Source of the DNA: a virus
Lineage: Duplodnaviria; Caudoviricetes
Strand: one strand, 5' to 3'
Virus record (IMG/VR): IMGVR_UViG_3300027282_000088
Coordinates: 1-64,000 of that record
Length of the DNA: 64,000 nucleotides
Part shown: positions 29,456 through 38,660 of the stretch, piece by piece
How the letters are laid out: every line of letters starts with the position of its first letter
Numbering within the stretch: position 1 is the stretch's first letter
Notes under the pieces: generated by a model
The model's database searches: none
What the model saw: only the letters and a program-made list of their open reading frames with translations
Told to the model about the DNA's origin: nothing
Program-made: the position numbers and the translations under genes

Positions 29456-32400
29456 GACTGTTTGCTTGGATAGCGGCACTCGTGCTCGCCTCGACGGCAC
29501 CCGCTTCGGCCGGGCCGCTGGCCGCCGCCGCCGCCGCCATCTTTGCCGGGATCACGGTCAAAGCCGTCGCGCTCTTTGCCCTGCGGCTATTCGCATCGGT
29601 CGGGCTAAGCCTGTTGCAACAGCGCCGAGCCCGGCGCGGGCGCAACACCGCCTTCGGGCTGCAGGTGACCGCGACCACGCGCGGCGAGCTGGAGAGCGAG
29701 ACCACAATCGTCGGCCTCTACGCCACCAAAGGGCATCTGATCTATCACAACAGCCACGGCCCCAATAACAAATACTACCAGACCGTCATCGAGCTGGGCG
29801 GCCTGCCCGGGGCCACCTTCAGCCGCTTGATGGTGGACGGCGTCTATTCCGAGTTGGGGACAGAGGAACATCCCGACTACGGCTTTCCAGTCCTCGCCAA
29901 GCGCGACCTTGGCGTCGATTATGCATGGATCAAGGTCTACGACGGCACCCAGACCGGCGCAGATCCGACACTCGTCGCCAAATATGCCGAGGACCCCGAG
30001 ACGCCCTGGACAGAGGCACATATCGGGCACGGCATCCCCTACGCGATCCTGACGATGGAAGTGAGCTCCAAGGTCTGGCCCAATGGAGCGCCGGAGCAGC
30101 GCTATGAGGAGAACGGCATCCCGTTCTACGATCCCCGCCTCGATAGCACGGTCGGCGGCACAGGCCTGCACCGCTGGGACGATCCAACGACATGGGGGCC
30201 GACACGCAATCCTATCGTGAAGACCTACAACATCCTGCGCGGCCTGTCGCTCCATGACGGCTCGATCTGGGGCGGCGAGGCCGACGCAGAGGATCTGCCG
30301 CTTTGGAACTGGGTGCCGGGCATGAACGCCTGCGACGTGGACGTGGACGGGCGGCCTCAGTACCAGTCCGGCTATGAGATCAAATTCGCCGAGGACACGT
30401 CCGGAGATGTGATCAACGAATTGCTCGCCGCCTGCAACGGCCAGATCGCGGAGTTCGGGGGCTTCTGGTATATTCAGGTCGGCGCACCCGACATCGCCGT
30501 GGCCGCGATCACGGACGACGATCTTCTGGTGACGGACGCCGCCACCAAAGACCCGTTTCCCGAACTGCTTGAGATCTTCAACCGGGTCACCGCCAAATAT
30601 GTCTCGCCCGGCGCGCTCTGGAACGGCGTGCCCCTCGATCAGATCCGCAATCCCGACTGGGAGGCAGAGGACGGTATCGTGCGGAATTTCGAGCTGGACC
30701 TTCCGGCCGTGTTTAACCCGGGACAGGCCGGGCAACTGGCCGAGGACACGCTGCGCGACCATCGCCGCTGGCGGCGTCACGCCTGGCCACTGCCGCCCGA
30801 CTATGCCGGTCTGCGCCCCCTCAATACTGTGGTCGTCACCAGCGCCTGGAACGACTACGACGCCAAGCTCTTCGAGGTCACGGAGATCGTGCTCGATCTG
30901 CACCGGTTGACCATTGTCACCTCGCTACGCGAGCGCGACCCGGATGATTTCGAGATCGACCCGGCGTATGAGATCCCCGACCGCGCCTCTATCCTGCCCC
31001 GCCCAATCCCTACAGACGCAGGCCTGCCCTTTTTCGACGCCGACGCGCGCATTGTCACCAATCAGGCAGGCACCCGTGCGCATGCGGCCGTCGACGTCTT
31101 CTGGGATGCCTCCGGGATCGCCGAGACTATCAAGGGCATCGCCATTGAATGCCAAAAGCGCGAGACCGAGGAGGAGGTCTGGAGCGGCACCGTGCTCGAT
31201 GTCGAGCGTGGCGCAATGACCATCCAGCCCGTGCCGCCACTCACGAACCTGCGCGTGCGCGCCAAAGCGCTTTCTGACAATCGCCGAGGCACATGGACTG
31301 CATGGATCTGGGTGACCACTGACGACGTGCGTATCCAGCGGGCTGATTTTGCTGCCGGTATCGAACCCGTCACGATTGTCGAGGGCACGCTCCCAACGGT
31401 CAAGCTGACCGAGGCGATCATGTTTGAGAGCAAGCTCTATCGTTGGAGCGGCACGGCCTATGTCGCCACGGTGCCTGCCGTTGATGTCACTGGGCAGTTG
31501 ACCGATGCGCAGATCGCGGCCTTGGCGGCGGCAAAACTGACCGGGCAGATACAGACACCGCAGATCGCGACCGGCGCAGTCACGGACGCCAAAATTGCGG
31601 GGCTTGCTGCCTCGAAAGTTACGGGTCAGTTAACCAACGCGCAGCTTGCCGCCATCGCAGCCGCAAAGGTGACGGGGCAAATCACCGGTACGCAAATCAC
31701 GGACGGCGCGATTTCGACACCCAAGATCGCTGTGGGTGCCGTGACCGCCTCGCAGATCGCAGCAGACACGATCACAGCCGCCAAGATCGCATCCGGCACG
31801 ATTACAGCAACTGAGATTGCATCGGGCACCATTACCTCTGCCAAGATCGCGGCAGGCACGATCCAAGGATCCAACATCGCCGCAAACACGATCACCGCGT
31901 CACAGATAGCGGCCAGCACCATCACTGCCTCTGAGATTGCGACGGGTGCTGTTACAGCGGTCAAGATCGCCGCCGCGACAATCACGGGTGATAAGATTGC
32001 GGGCACGACGATCACCGGTGACAAGATCGCCGGCAATACGATTACTGCGGCCAAGATCGCCTCGGGAACTGTCACCGCCGCTGAGATCGCGGCGGGCACC
32101 ATCACAGGCGACAAGATTTCCGCCAACACGATAACGAGCGCACTGATCGCGACGGCTGCGATCAACGCCGGGCAAATCGCTACGAATGCAATCACAACGG
32201 CCAAGATCAACGGACGCGCTGTCACTGAGCCGTCCACGTTCTTCGAGAACTACGGCGGCGGCACCAAGACGCCCGCGACAGCCACGGCATGGAACAACGC
32301 GACGTCTTTCATTGTGAACGTGCCGGATAGTGGCTCGCTTCTGATGATTGACTGCCATGTGAATTGGCTGCTGAACGGCGGGCCAACTGCTGGGTCGTGG

Positions 32401-32595
32401 GGGCTGCGTCTGCTGCTGAGCGGGTCGCCCTTTGACTCTCAGGGTGGTGCACATTTTCAGGAGCTTGTTCCGTTTCGGCGAACAATCTCAGTGGGGACTG
32501 GCAATCAGACAATCACGCTGGAATGCCAGCGCGGCTCGGGTGTGCCCTTCCTGATCCAGAACGTCCATTCCGTCGCCACGATCCTCAAGAGGTAA
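29452..32595 (+). CDS. Tail tip/host-specificity protein with decapeptide repeat stalk
   Basis: 1047 aa, tail-tip-like N-terminal part, repeats such as TITAAKIASG. Confidence 0.8.
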   Translation: MRLFAWIAALVLASTAPASAGPLAAAAAAIFAGITVKAVALFALRLFASVGLSLLQQRRARRGRNTAFGLQVTATTRGELESETTIVGLYATKGHLIYHNSHGPNNKYYQTVIELGGLPGATFSRLMVDGVYSELGTEEHPDYGFPVLAKRDLGVDYAWIKVYDGTQTGADPTLVAKYAEDPETPWTEAHIGHGIPYAILTMEVSSKVWPNGAPEQRYEENGIPFYDPRLDSTVGGTGLHRWDDPTTWGPTRNPIVKTYNILRGLSLHDGSIWGGEADAEDLPLWNWVPGMNACDVDVDGRPQYQSGYEIKFAEDTSGDVINELLAACNGQIAEFGGFWYIQVGAPDIAVAAITDDDLLVTDAATKDPFPELLEIFNRVTAKYVSPGALWNGVPLDQIRNPDWEAEDGIVRNFELDLPAVFNPGQAGQLAEDTLRDHRRWRRHAWPLPPDYAGLRPLNTVVVTSAWNDYDAKLFEVTEIVLDLHRLTIVTSLRERDPDDFEIDPAYEIPDRASILPRPIPTDAGLPFFDADARIVTNQAGTRAHAAVDVFWDASGIAETIKGIAIECQKRETEEEVWSGTVLDVERGAMTIQPVPPLTNLRVRAKALSDNRRGTWTAWIWVTTDDVRIQRADFAAGIEPVTIVEGTLPTVKLTEAIMFESKLYRWSGTAYVATVPAVDVTGQLTDAQIAALAAAKLTGQIQTPQIATGAVTDAKIAGLAASKVTGQLTNAQLAAIAAAKVTGQITGTQITDGAISTPKIAVGAVTASQIAADTITAAKIASGTITATEIASGTITSAKIAAGTIQGSNIAANTITASQIAASTITASEIATGAVTAVKIAAATITGDKIAGTTITGDKIAGNTITAAKIASGTVTAAEIAAGTITGDKISANTITSALIATAAINAGQIATNAITTAKINGRAVTEPSTFFENYGGGTKTPATATAWNNATSFIVNVPDSGSLLMIDCHVNWLLNGGPTAGSWGLRLLLSGSPFDSQGGAHFQELVPFRRTISVGTGNQTITLECQRGSGVPFLIQNVHSVATILKR
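31492..32226 (+). repeat. Coding repeats (17-aa GQLT units, then about 17 decapeptides)
   Basis: GQLTDAQIAALAAAKLT-type units then [T/A]IT-x-x-[K/E/Q]IA-x-x units. Confidence 0.85.
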
Positions 32596-32598
32596 CGC

Positions 32599-33006
32599 AT
32601 GACCGTCAGCGCCAACATCTATAACCCGGCCACGGGTCAGATCACGGGCCACGTTGAGGCATCGGCAAGCACCATTGCCGCCAATGTCACGCCTGAGCGG
32701 GGCCTGTTTGTCGGTGCGCTGGCAGACACTGCGACACACTACATTGCGTCGGACCCGCTGCGCATCGAGGCGCGCCCGACGATCACGCCGCCTGCCACCA
32801 CGCAAGACACCGGCTGGGTTTATGACCTGTCCCTGCTACCCGTCGGGAGCGCGGTAACAGTGCGCAACGAAGTGGGCGACGAGCTCGTCATCATGAACCT
32901 GTCGGAGCCTCTGACGCTGGTCGATGCAGGCGTGTACGCCCTCGCCGTCGCCCCGCCGTTTCCGTGGGTCGGGTTTGATGCAGAGGTGGAGGTAAGCGAT
33001 GCCTGA
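32599..33006 (+). CDS. Tail-associated hypothetical protein
   Basis: Follows tail tip; coupled ORF. Confidence 0.6.
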   Translation: MTVSANIYNPATGQITGHVEASASTIAANVTPERGLFVGALADTATHYIASDPLRIEARPTITPPATTQDTGWVYDLSLLPVGSAVTVRNEVGDELVIMNLSEPLTLVDAGVYALAVAPPFPWVGFDAEVEVSDA

Positions 33007-33340
33007 GTTCCGCCAAAATACACCCCGCGCACAGGCCATCCGCGCCGCCCAAATCAAGGCGGACTGCAGGACCCTCATCCTCTCCGTGGCCGACTTGGAA
33101 ACACAGAGCAACATCGCCCAGGCGGGCATCCTGTTCTCGACAGCCACCATCAACGGCGCGGCGCGCGCCGACGCGCTGGCACTCGCAGGCCTCATCGAGG
33201 GCGACCAGGAGCGCGCCGTTGCATGGACCGCGTGGCGCAAGGCGATGCAGGCGGAGAGCCGTCGCGCCATCGAGGACGGGGATGCACCCGTCTGGCCAGA
33301 CGTACCAACCGGGGTCGCGGAATTCGCGGCCCGACACTGA
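32999..33340 (+). CDS. Tail fibre assembly-like protein
   Basis: C-terminal AWRKAM...PVWPDVP resembles fibre chaperones. Confidence 0.55.
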   Translation: MPEFRQNTPRAQAIRAAQIKADCRTLILSVADLETQSNIAQAGILFSTATINGAARADALALAGLIEGDQERAVAWTAWRKAMQAESRRAIEDGDAPVWPDVPTGVAEFAARH

Positions 33341-33373
33341 AACCACGAACACCCAAACCAAAAGGAAACTGAC

Positions 33374-33778
33374 ATGTCGACCTTCTCCACCTACCTCGAA
33401 GCCGCCCTGCTCAATCACGTTTTTCGCAACACCCCGCTGCCCAGCCCCGAGGCGGTGTATCTGGCGCTCTTTACGGCCGCGCCCACTGACGCAGGCGGCG
33501 GCACTGAAGTGACCGGCAGCGGCTATGCCCGCGCGGCCGTGACCTTTGCCGCGCCCGCTGCCGATCCGGAGGATGGCACCCGACAGGCGGTGCTCAACGG
33601 CCCGGACGTCGTGTTTTCCTCGACCCACGATCCGGTGCAGAGCGTTGTTGCCGTCGCCTATTACGATGCGGCGACAGGGGGCAATTTTCTGAGCTGGTCG
33701 GCAATCCCCCCCGCCGATCTGGGCGTGGGCGCGGAGATCAAGTTCCCGGCGTCGAAACTCAAGGAATTCCTTTCCTGA
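33374..33778 (+). CDS. Minor tail/fibre-associated protein
   Basis: YLEAALLNHVFR...YLALFTAAP...EVTGSGYAR motif. Confidence 0.7.
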   Translation: MSTFSTYLEAALLNHVFRNTPLPSPEAVYLALFTAAPTDAGGGTEVTGSGYARAAVTFAAPAADPEDGTRQAVLNGPDVVFSSTHDPVQSVVAVAYYDAATGGNFLSWSAIPPADLGVGAEIKFPASKLKEFLS

Positions 33779-33996
33779 TGAACCGCGTCGCCTATGAGAG
33801 CAACGGCGGCCCGGTGGTGGATGGCGTTCGCGCCATCCACGCCTGGAACGCGGCTCTCATGGCGGCAATCGACCTGCTCGAAAAATACGAGCGCCCGAAT
33901 GTGAGCCTCAAGACCTTAAGTTCGGACACGTTCGACGCGGGGCGGATGGATCTCGCGGCCTCACTCAAGCGGGATCTCCGCGCTCTCAAGCTGTGA
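33778..33996 (+). CDS. Hypothetical protein
   Basis: Coupled start/stop. Confidence 0.5.
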   Translation: MNRVAYESNGGPVVDGVRAIHAWNAALMAAIDLLEKYERPNVSLKTLSSDTFDAGRMDLAASLKRDLRALKL

Positions 33997-34018
33997 CATC
34001 ACGTAAGGAAGCCCAAAG

Positions 34019-35488
34019 ATGGCGCTGATCACCACGAATCTTAAAGCTCAGTTCGAGACAACCAACACGGTTGTCTCCCCGACGCTGTGGGTGGACGAAG
34101 TCGCCGGGATTGAGCTAGTCCAAGAACACCTTATGACTGCGCCAGTGTTGCGGACAGGCGAAGAGGGAACACCTACTGGAGCGAGTTATTTTCAGTTTGT
34201 CGGTAGCATTGACGGACTTGGGAATGACACCTTATACGACCACGATCTGCCAGACGGGGCGGAGCCTCGTACGATGTACATCGTTGCCCGTTATCCTAAC
34301 CAAGTGAACGCCGGTAACTTCAACGGCGTGATGTATGGCAATCCCTCTACGCGCCAGGCATTCGGTATGGTGATGAGCGGCACTGAAAAAGTGCTCACCG
34401 ACTTCTGGGCGGCCAGCTATGCGTCGGTCGATAGTTTCAACGATGACCTTTGGCATGTGCTAGCGGTCACTTTTGACGGGGAAGATGTTGAAGGGTTCAT
34501 CGACAACGTGAACCTGATGGGCGGCACCCCGGCCACGCTCAACACGGTACTGGAACGCCTCTATATCAATTACAAACTCAGCAACAACAGCGGTGCCTTC
34601 ATGGATTGTGCCGCTGTTTTGATCTATGCCGGGGCGCATAATCCGGCGCAGTTGGCTGAGACGAACGCCTATCTTCGCAACAAGTATATCGAGGAAATCC
34701 CTAGTGGCGGTGGGACGGTTGTTTCTGAGCGCGCCGCATCGAGTGGCGGCACCTCGGGTCTGAACGCCGCTCCTGTCTCCGTGCTCTCACGAACCGCATC
34801 GAACGGCGGCACATCGGGAGCTACGGCGGCCCCCGTTATCGTGCAGGGCCGCGCTGCGACCTCCGGCGGAACATCTGGTGCCGACGCGGCAGCCACTCTC
34901 GTCTCGGGTCGCGCTGGCGCATCCGGCGGCACCTCTGGCGCGTCTGCAAGCCCTGTCCGGATCGCCACGCGCAGCGCACCGGGCGGCGGCGCGTCGGGCT
35001 CGCCTGCGGCCCCTGTGCAGGTCGCGCTGCGCGGGGCATCAAGCGGCGGCGCGTCGGGATCCGAGGCCTTGCCCCAGGCGGGCACTCAAACAAGCCGCGG
35101 CGCCACGTCAGGAGGCGCATCTGGGTCTGAGGCTATGGCGGTCCGTGTGCAGACGCGCAGCGCCTCCAGCGGCGGGGTCTCTGGCACCGGGGCCATGGCC
35201 GTGCATGTCAGCGTCAAGGCGGCGGCGTCAGGAGGGCTGTCAGGGGCAGAGGCCATACCCGCCGCAGTCACACTGCGCGCGGCCAACGCTGGCGGTGTGT
35301 CCGGCCTCACAGCCGAACCCACGCTGATCGCGGCCCGGTCTGCGGTCTCGGGAGGCACATCCGGGTCAGAGGCCGCACCCGCTGACACAAGCCGGGTGGT
35401 GGATTTCAGGGCAACGGCGCTCTGGGATGAACCACGCTTTACCGCTCTTTGGGATGAGCCACGTTTTGTGGCCGAATGGAGAGACTGA
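34019..35488 (+). CDS. LamG/ConA-like domain plus 20-aa SGG repeat protein
   Basis: NDDLWHVLAVTFDG...GFIDN lectin-like motif; about 11 R-x-A-x-SGG-x-SG repeats. Confidence 0.68.
   Translation: MALITTNLKAQFETTNTVVSPTLWVDEVAGIELVQEHLMTAPVLRTGEEGTPTGASYFQFVGSIDGLGNDTLYDHDLPDGAEPRTMYIVARYPNQVNAGNFNGVMYGNPSTRQAFGMVMSGTEKVLTDFWAASYASVDSFNDDLWHVLAVTFDGEDVEGFIDNVNLMGGTPATLNTVLERLYINYKLSNNSGAFMDCAAVLIYAGAHNPAQLAETNAYLRNKYIEEIPSGGGTVVSERAASSGGTSGLNAAPVSVLSRTASNGGTSGATAAPVIVQGRAATSGGTSGADAAATLVSGRAGASGGTSGASASPVRIATRSAPGGGASGSPAAPVQVALRGASSGGASGSEALPQAGTQTSRGATSGGASGSEAMAVRVQTRSASSGGVSGTGAMAVHVSVKAAASGGLSGAEAIPAAVTLRAANAGGVSGLTAEPTLIAARSAVSGGTSGSEAAPADTSRVVDFRATALWDEPRFTALWDEPRFVAEWRD
34721..35388 (+). 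repeat. About 11 coding repeats of about 60 bp (20 aa)
   Basis: e.g. SERAASSGGTSGLNAAPVSV / LSRTASNGGTSGATAAPVIV. Confidence 0.8.
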
Positions 35489-35781
35489 TGGACGAGATGA
35501 AGACCTTCGAGAAAAACACCTATTCCGCCGTCATCACCTTTCTCAGGAAGGACAGCACCGCGCCCGATCTCAGCGGGGCCGCTGTAGAGGCATGGGCGCT
35601 CGGCGCTGGCCCCACCATCCCCTTGGGGGTGAGTGTCCTGGACGGCATGGCCGGCGTGGTGCGCGTGTTCTGGCCTGCGGAGACATTTGCGGCGGGGCTC
35701 TACGAGGTCCAGCTGCGCGCCTCGAAAGGCGGCAAGACGGAAACCTATGCGGCGCGCCTGACAGTCGCCCGGTCGATCTGA
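35488..35781 (+). CDS. BppU-like Ig-fold tail/baseplate protein
   Basis: DLSGAAV...GVVRVFWPAET...GLYEVQL pattern. Confidence 0.55.
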   Translation: MDEMKTFEKNTYSAVITFLRKDSTAPDLSGAAVEAWALGAGPTIPLGVSVLDGMAGVVRVFWPAETFAAGLYEVQLRASKGGKTETYAARLTVARSI

Positions 35782-35952
35782 AGACATCCCCCAATGTGTG
35801 GGGATTACCCGGTGGCCGTGAGCGGCCGCCCTACAGGAGGCCCCGAGCGTGCTGGAGGGCACGCCCGGGCACGCGGGGCCAGTCACCAAACATACCCCCG
35901 CCGACCAGAAACACCTCATGGCCGCTCCCTGCCCCAAGGGGGCGGCGGGACT

Positions 35953-36171
35953 ATGAGGCGATTCGATTTGGAAGGTCTAGAACTGCGTTGCTGCGCATGC
36001 AGCCGTTTGCTATTTAAATATCAGAGAGGGGCGCAAATATCCGGCGTCTCGATCAAATGCCCGCGCTGCCGGGCGATGAATATCCTGAGGCCAAGAGCCC
36101 TTCCCCAAACGCGCGATGCGCAGAGAGAAGGAGCCAAACTTGACCAGATCGACCACACTCCCGAAACCTGA
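35953..36171 (+). CDS. com: Com-family zinc-finger regulator
   Basis: RCCACSRLLF...IKCPRC aligns with Mu Com RCKNCNKLLF...IRCPRC; located at right end of late genes. Confidence 0.85.
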   Translation: MRRFDLEGLELRCCACSRLLFKYQRGAQISGVSIKCPRCRAMNILRPRALPQTRDAQREGAKLDQIDHTPET

Positions 36172-36322
36172 GCTGCCGCCCGGTGCGCCGGGCCTGCCCA
36201 AAGGCGTCCGCTACCGGCGGCAATATGGCGTCATCGTCCTCCTCGAGGACGAGGTGGCTCAAATCAACGCCTTCGGCCGGTTGCGCCGCCAAGGCTTCAA
36301 ATGCCGCGTGGTGGTCACATGA
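36140..36322 (+). CDS. 60-aa protein (TTG start inside com)
   Basis: GAAGGAG RBS then TTG; YGVIVLLEDEVAQINAFGRLRRQGFKCRVV; stop overlaps next ATG. Confidence 0.7.
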   Translation: MTRSTTLPKPELPPGAPGLPKGVRYRRQYGVIVLLEDEVAQINAFGRLRRQGFKCRVVVT

Positions 36323-37428
36323 AGCTCGCCATCCACCACGCCAGCCCCATCCCGGATACCTACCGCGCCGCCCGGGTCTCCAGCCTCTTCAACGTCGAGG
36401 GCGACGCGGATTTCCGCATCGAGGTCGAGGCCGATCTGGCAGCACAGCCCTGGCAGATAGGCCTCATCGTCGGCCCCTCTGGCAGCGGGAAATCCTCGCT
36501 CGCCCGCGAAGCCTTCGGAGCGGAGCTTGACCCGCGCCCGTGGCCCGAGGGCGCGCTGATCGACGCGATTGACCCCGAGGGCGAATTCGACGCCGTCGCG
36601 GCCGCCCTCTCCGCCGTGGGCCTCGGCACGGTGCCCAGCTGGCTGCGCCCCTATCCCCACCTCTCCACCGGCGAGCAGTTCCGGGCCGAGCTCGCGCGCA
36701 TTCTGGCCGAGCGGCCGAGCTTTGCCATTCTCGACGAGTTCACCTCGACCATTGACCGGCGCGTGGCCCAGATCGGGGCGGCAGCCTTTGCCAAGGCATG
36801 GCGGCGGGGCTCTGGCCAGTTCGTCGCCGTCACCTGTCACGAGGACGTCGTGTCCTGGTTGCAGCCCGATTGGGTGATCGACACCCGCCGGGCCGAGTTT
36901 CGCTGGAGGCGTCTTCGACGGGCACCCCGCATTGCCATGGACATTCACCAGACAGACGGCTCCTTCTGGCCCGCCTTTGAGCCGCATCACTACCTGAAGC
37001 TGCCCCGCATGATCGCGGCCAATTACTACGTGGGCTTCGTCGACGGCGCACCGGTGGCGCATCTGGCCGTCTCGACCCGGCCGGGGCTGGTCGAAGGCCG
37101 CGCCTGCCGCCTTGTCGTCATGCCTGAGTGGCAGGGCGCGGGGCTGGGGCTGCGCTTTCTCAACGAGGTTTGCGCGCTCTGGCGGCGCGGCGTGAACCGC
37201 TACGACAAACCGATGCCGATGCTGTTTCACACCTCGCATCCCGGCCTCGCCGCCGCCCTGCGCCGCGATCCCCTCTGGGCACAGGTTTCGGCCATCCTCT
37301 ATGCCGAGGCCAAGGAACGCAGCATGAAGACCCTCGCCGCCGCCCGGGCACGCAAAGGCCTCAAACCCGCCGGGAGCGGCTACGGCGGGCATTTCCGCGC
37401 GGTGCAGGGCTTTCGGTATGTCGAGTGA
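36319..37428 (+). CDS. ABC-type ATPase fused to GNAT acetyltransferase-like domain (mom position)
   Basis: GPSGSGKS, LSTGEQFR, ILDEF, VTCH; C-terminal RLVVMPEWQGAGLG GNAT motif A; no TM partner. Confidence 0.85.
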   Translation: MKLAIHHASPIPDTYRAARVSSLFNVEGDADFRIEVEADLAAQPWQIGLIVGPSGSGKSSLAREAFGAELDPRPWPEGALIDAIDPEGEFDAVAAALSAVGLGTVPSWLRPYPHLSTGEQFRAELARILAERPSFAILDEFTSTIDRRVAQIGAAAFAKAWRRGSGQFVAVTCHEDVVSWLQPDWVIDTRRAEFRWRRLRRAPRIAMDIHQTDGSFWPAFEPHHYLKLPRMIAANYYVGFVDGAPVAHLAVSTRPGLVEGRACRLVVMPEWQGAGLGLRFLNEVCALWRRGVNRYDKPMPMLFHTSHPGLAAALRRDPLWAQVSAILYAEAKERSMKTLAAARARKGLKPAGSGYGGHFRAVQGFRYVE

Positions 37429-37755
37429 GGGGGGTGTTAAAGGGGCGTTGAAACAGCCCCTCATGTTCCTTCCCAATGATCGGTGTCAGGCGGTAGCCGA
37501 TCGAGATCAAACTCCCAGCTAGCCGACGCAGCACGAGCAGGAAGGGCGGAAAGCGGAAGTTCGCTATGGGTGCGAGGCCTGAAAACCATAGTTTCTAGGC
37601 GGATATTCATTTGGCCAATCTCTTATGCCTTCGTGTTGGGCCAGCGATTGGCCCTCGACTTGGACTTGATGAGCAATCAGTCGCGACGTTTTTCTGATGT
37701 GCAACGGTCAAATTTGGTTTAGGGTCCCCCGAAAAGGCAGCGGCGAATTCGACCA

Positions 37756-38652
37756 ATGTACACAGATAGAACTCGCGACCACCACAAGGATGCGGCGATT
37801 GCTCGCCTTTTTTCGGCCGGCGTTGTTAGAGAACTTGCTGAAAAAGGCAGCTCTGCCAAGTTTAGCTCGTTGGTAAATCAAGCTGAACTATTCGAACTTC
37901 AAGAAGTTCGCACCGTCGGTGACGCGTTTGACTTTGGCTTCGCTCAATTACGCCGAAGTGGCCTCCGAAATGAATACATTTATCAGTCGGCTATAGTTCA
38001 AAACGTGCTCTTAGGTAAACATTCCCTGAAAACAGCCAGTATGGTGAGAGAGTTTCGAACTGGAGCTAGCAGAGCGGATGTTGTCATATTGAACGGCACA
38101 TCTACAGTCTATGAGGTTAAATCCGAACGTGACAGTCTCCAGAGACTTGAGAAACAACTAGAAGACTACGCCGATATATTTGCTCGTACGTATGTAATTG
38201 CTTCAGAACGTCACATCAACGCGATAAAAGAGCTCGCGCCGCTTCACGTAGGCGTTATGTATCTGAAAAGATGGAATAGCATAAGCACAGTTAGAGAAGC
38301 CGTCGATCGGCCAGACGAAGTTAAACCACTCAGCATTCTGGGGGCTCTTCGAAGAACTGAGGCAATTCGTATTCTCAAACACATAGGCAAGCCTGTACCT
38401 TCCGTGCCAAACACTCAGATGTTTAGCGCGCTTTCAGAACTCTACGAACGCCTTGATCCAAGAGAAGTCCATGACGCAATGGTTCAGGTGCTCAGGCAGA
38501 GCCGAACACAACATTCTTTCCAGAGACTCGTCGAAGATCTACCTTTATCGTTGCATGCCGCCGCATTGATGTACAACTTAAGGCTAAGTGACGGGGCAAA
38601 ACTGGTGCAAGCCATTAAAACTCCAATCGAACAATCAATATTTTGGAGTTAG
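37756..38652 (+). CDS. sce7726-family protein, PD-(D/E)XK-like
   Basis: RADVVILNGTSTVYEVKSERDSLQRL motif. Confidence 0.75.
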   Translation: MYTDRTRDHHKDAAIARLFSAGVVRELAEKGSSAKFSSLVNQAELFELQEVRTVGDAFDFGFAQLRRSGLRNEYIYQSAIVQNVLLGKHSLKTASMVREFRTGASRADVVILNGTSTVYEVKSERDSLQRLEKQLEDYADIFARTYVIASERHINAIKELAPLHVGVMYLKRWNSISTVREAVDRPDEVKPLSILGALRRTEAIRILKHIGKPVPSVPNTQMFSALSELYERLDPREVHDAMVQVLRQSRTQHSFQRLVEDLPLSLHAAALMYNLRLSDGAKLVQAIKTPIEQSIFWS

Positions 38653-38660
38653 GATGTTAA

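Noticed and set aside
14012-30903. Long minus-strand ORFs (e.g. 14012-16114, 26578-28179, 29605-30903) and similar ones in prophage 2
   Set aside because: These are shadow ORFs antisense to well-supported phage genes in GC-rich DNA, with no recognisable motifs.
31492-35388. CRISPR array or DGR template/variable repeat
   Set aside because: The repeats are in-frame coding repeats with diverged codons; there are no identical direct repeats with spacers and no reverse transcriptase or cas gene.
35779-35821. TGAAGAC as a late (Pmom-like) promoter site
   Set aside because: The CTTCA half-site and the TAnnnT hexamer 25 nt downstream are both missing.
32599-37428. Mu-type invertible G segment
   Set aside because: No serine invertase gene, no inverted duplicated fibre genes and no gix-like repeats were seen.
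37483-37722. 79-aa ORF before the RES operon
   Set aside because: No motifs or clear RBS; more likely promoter/intergenic DNA.
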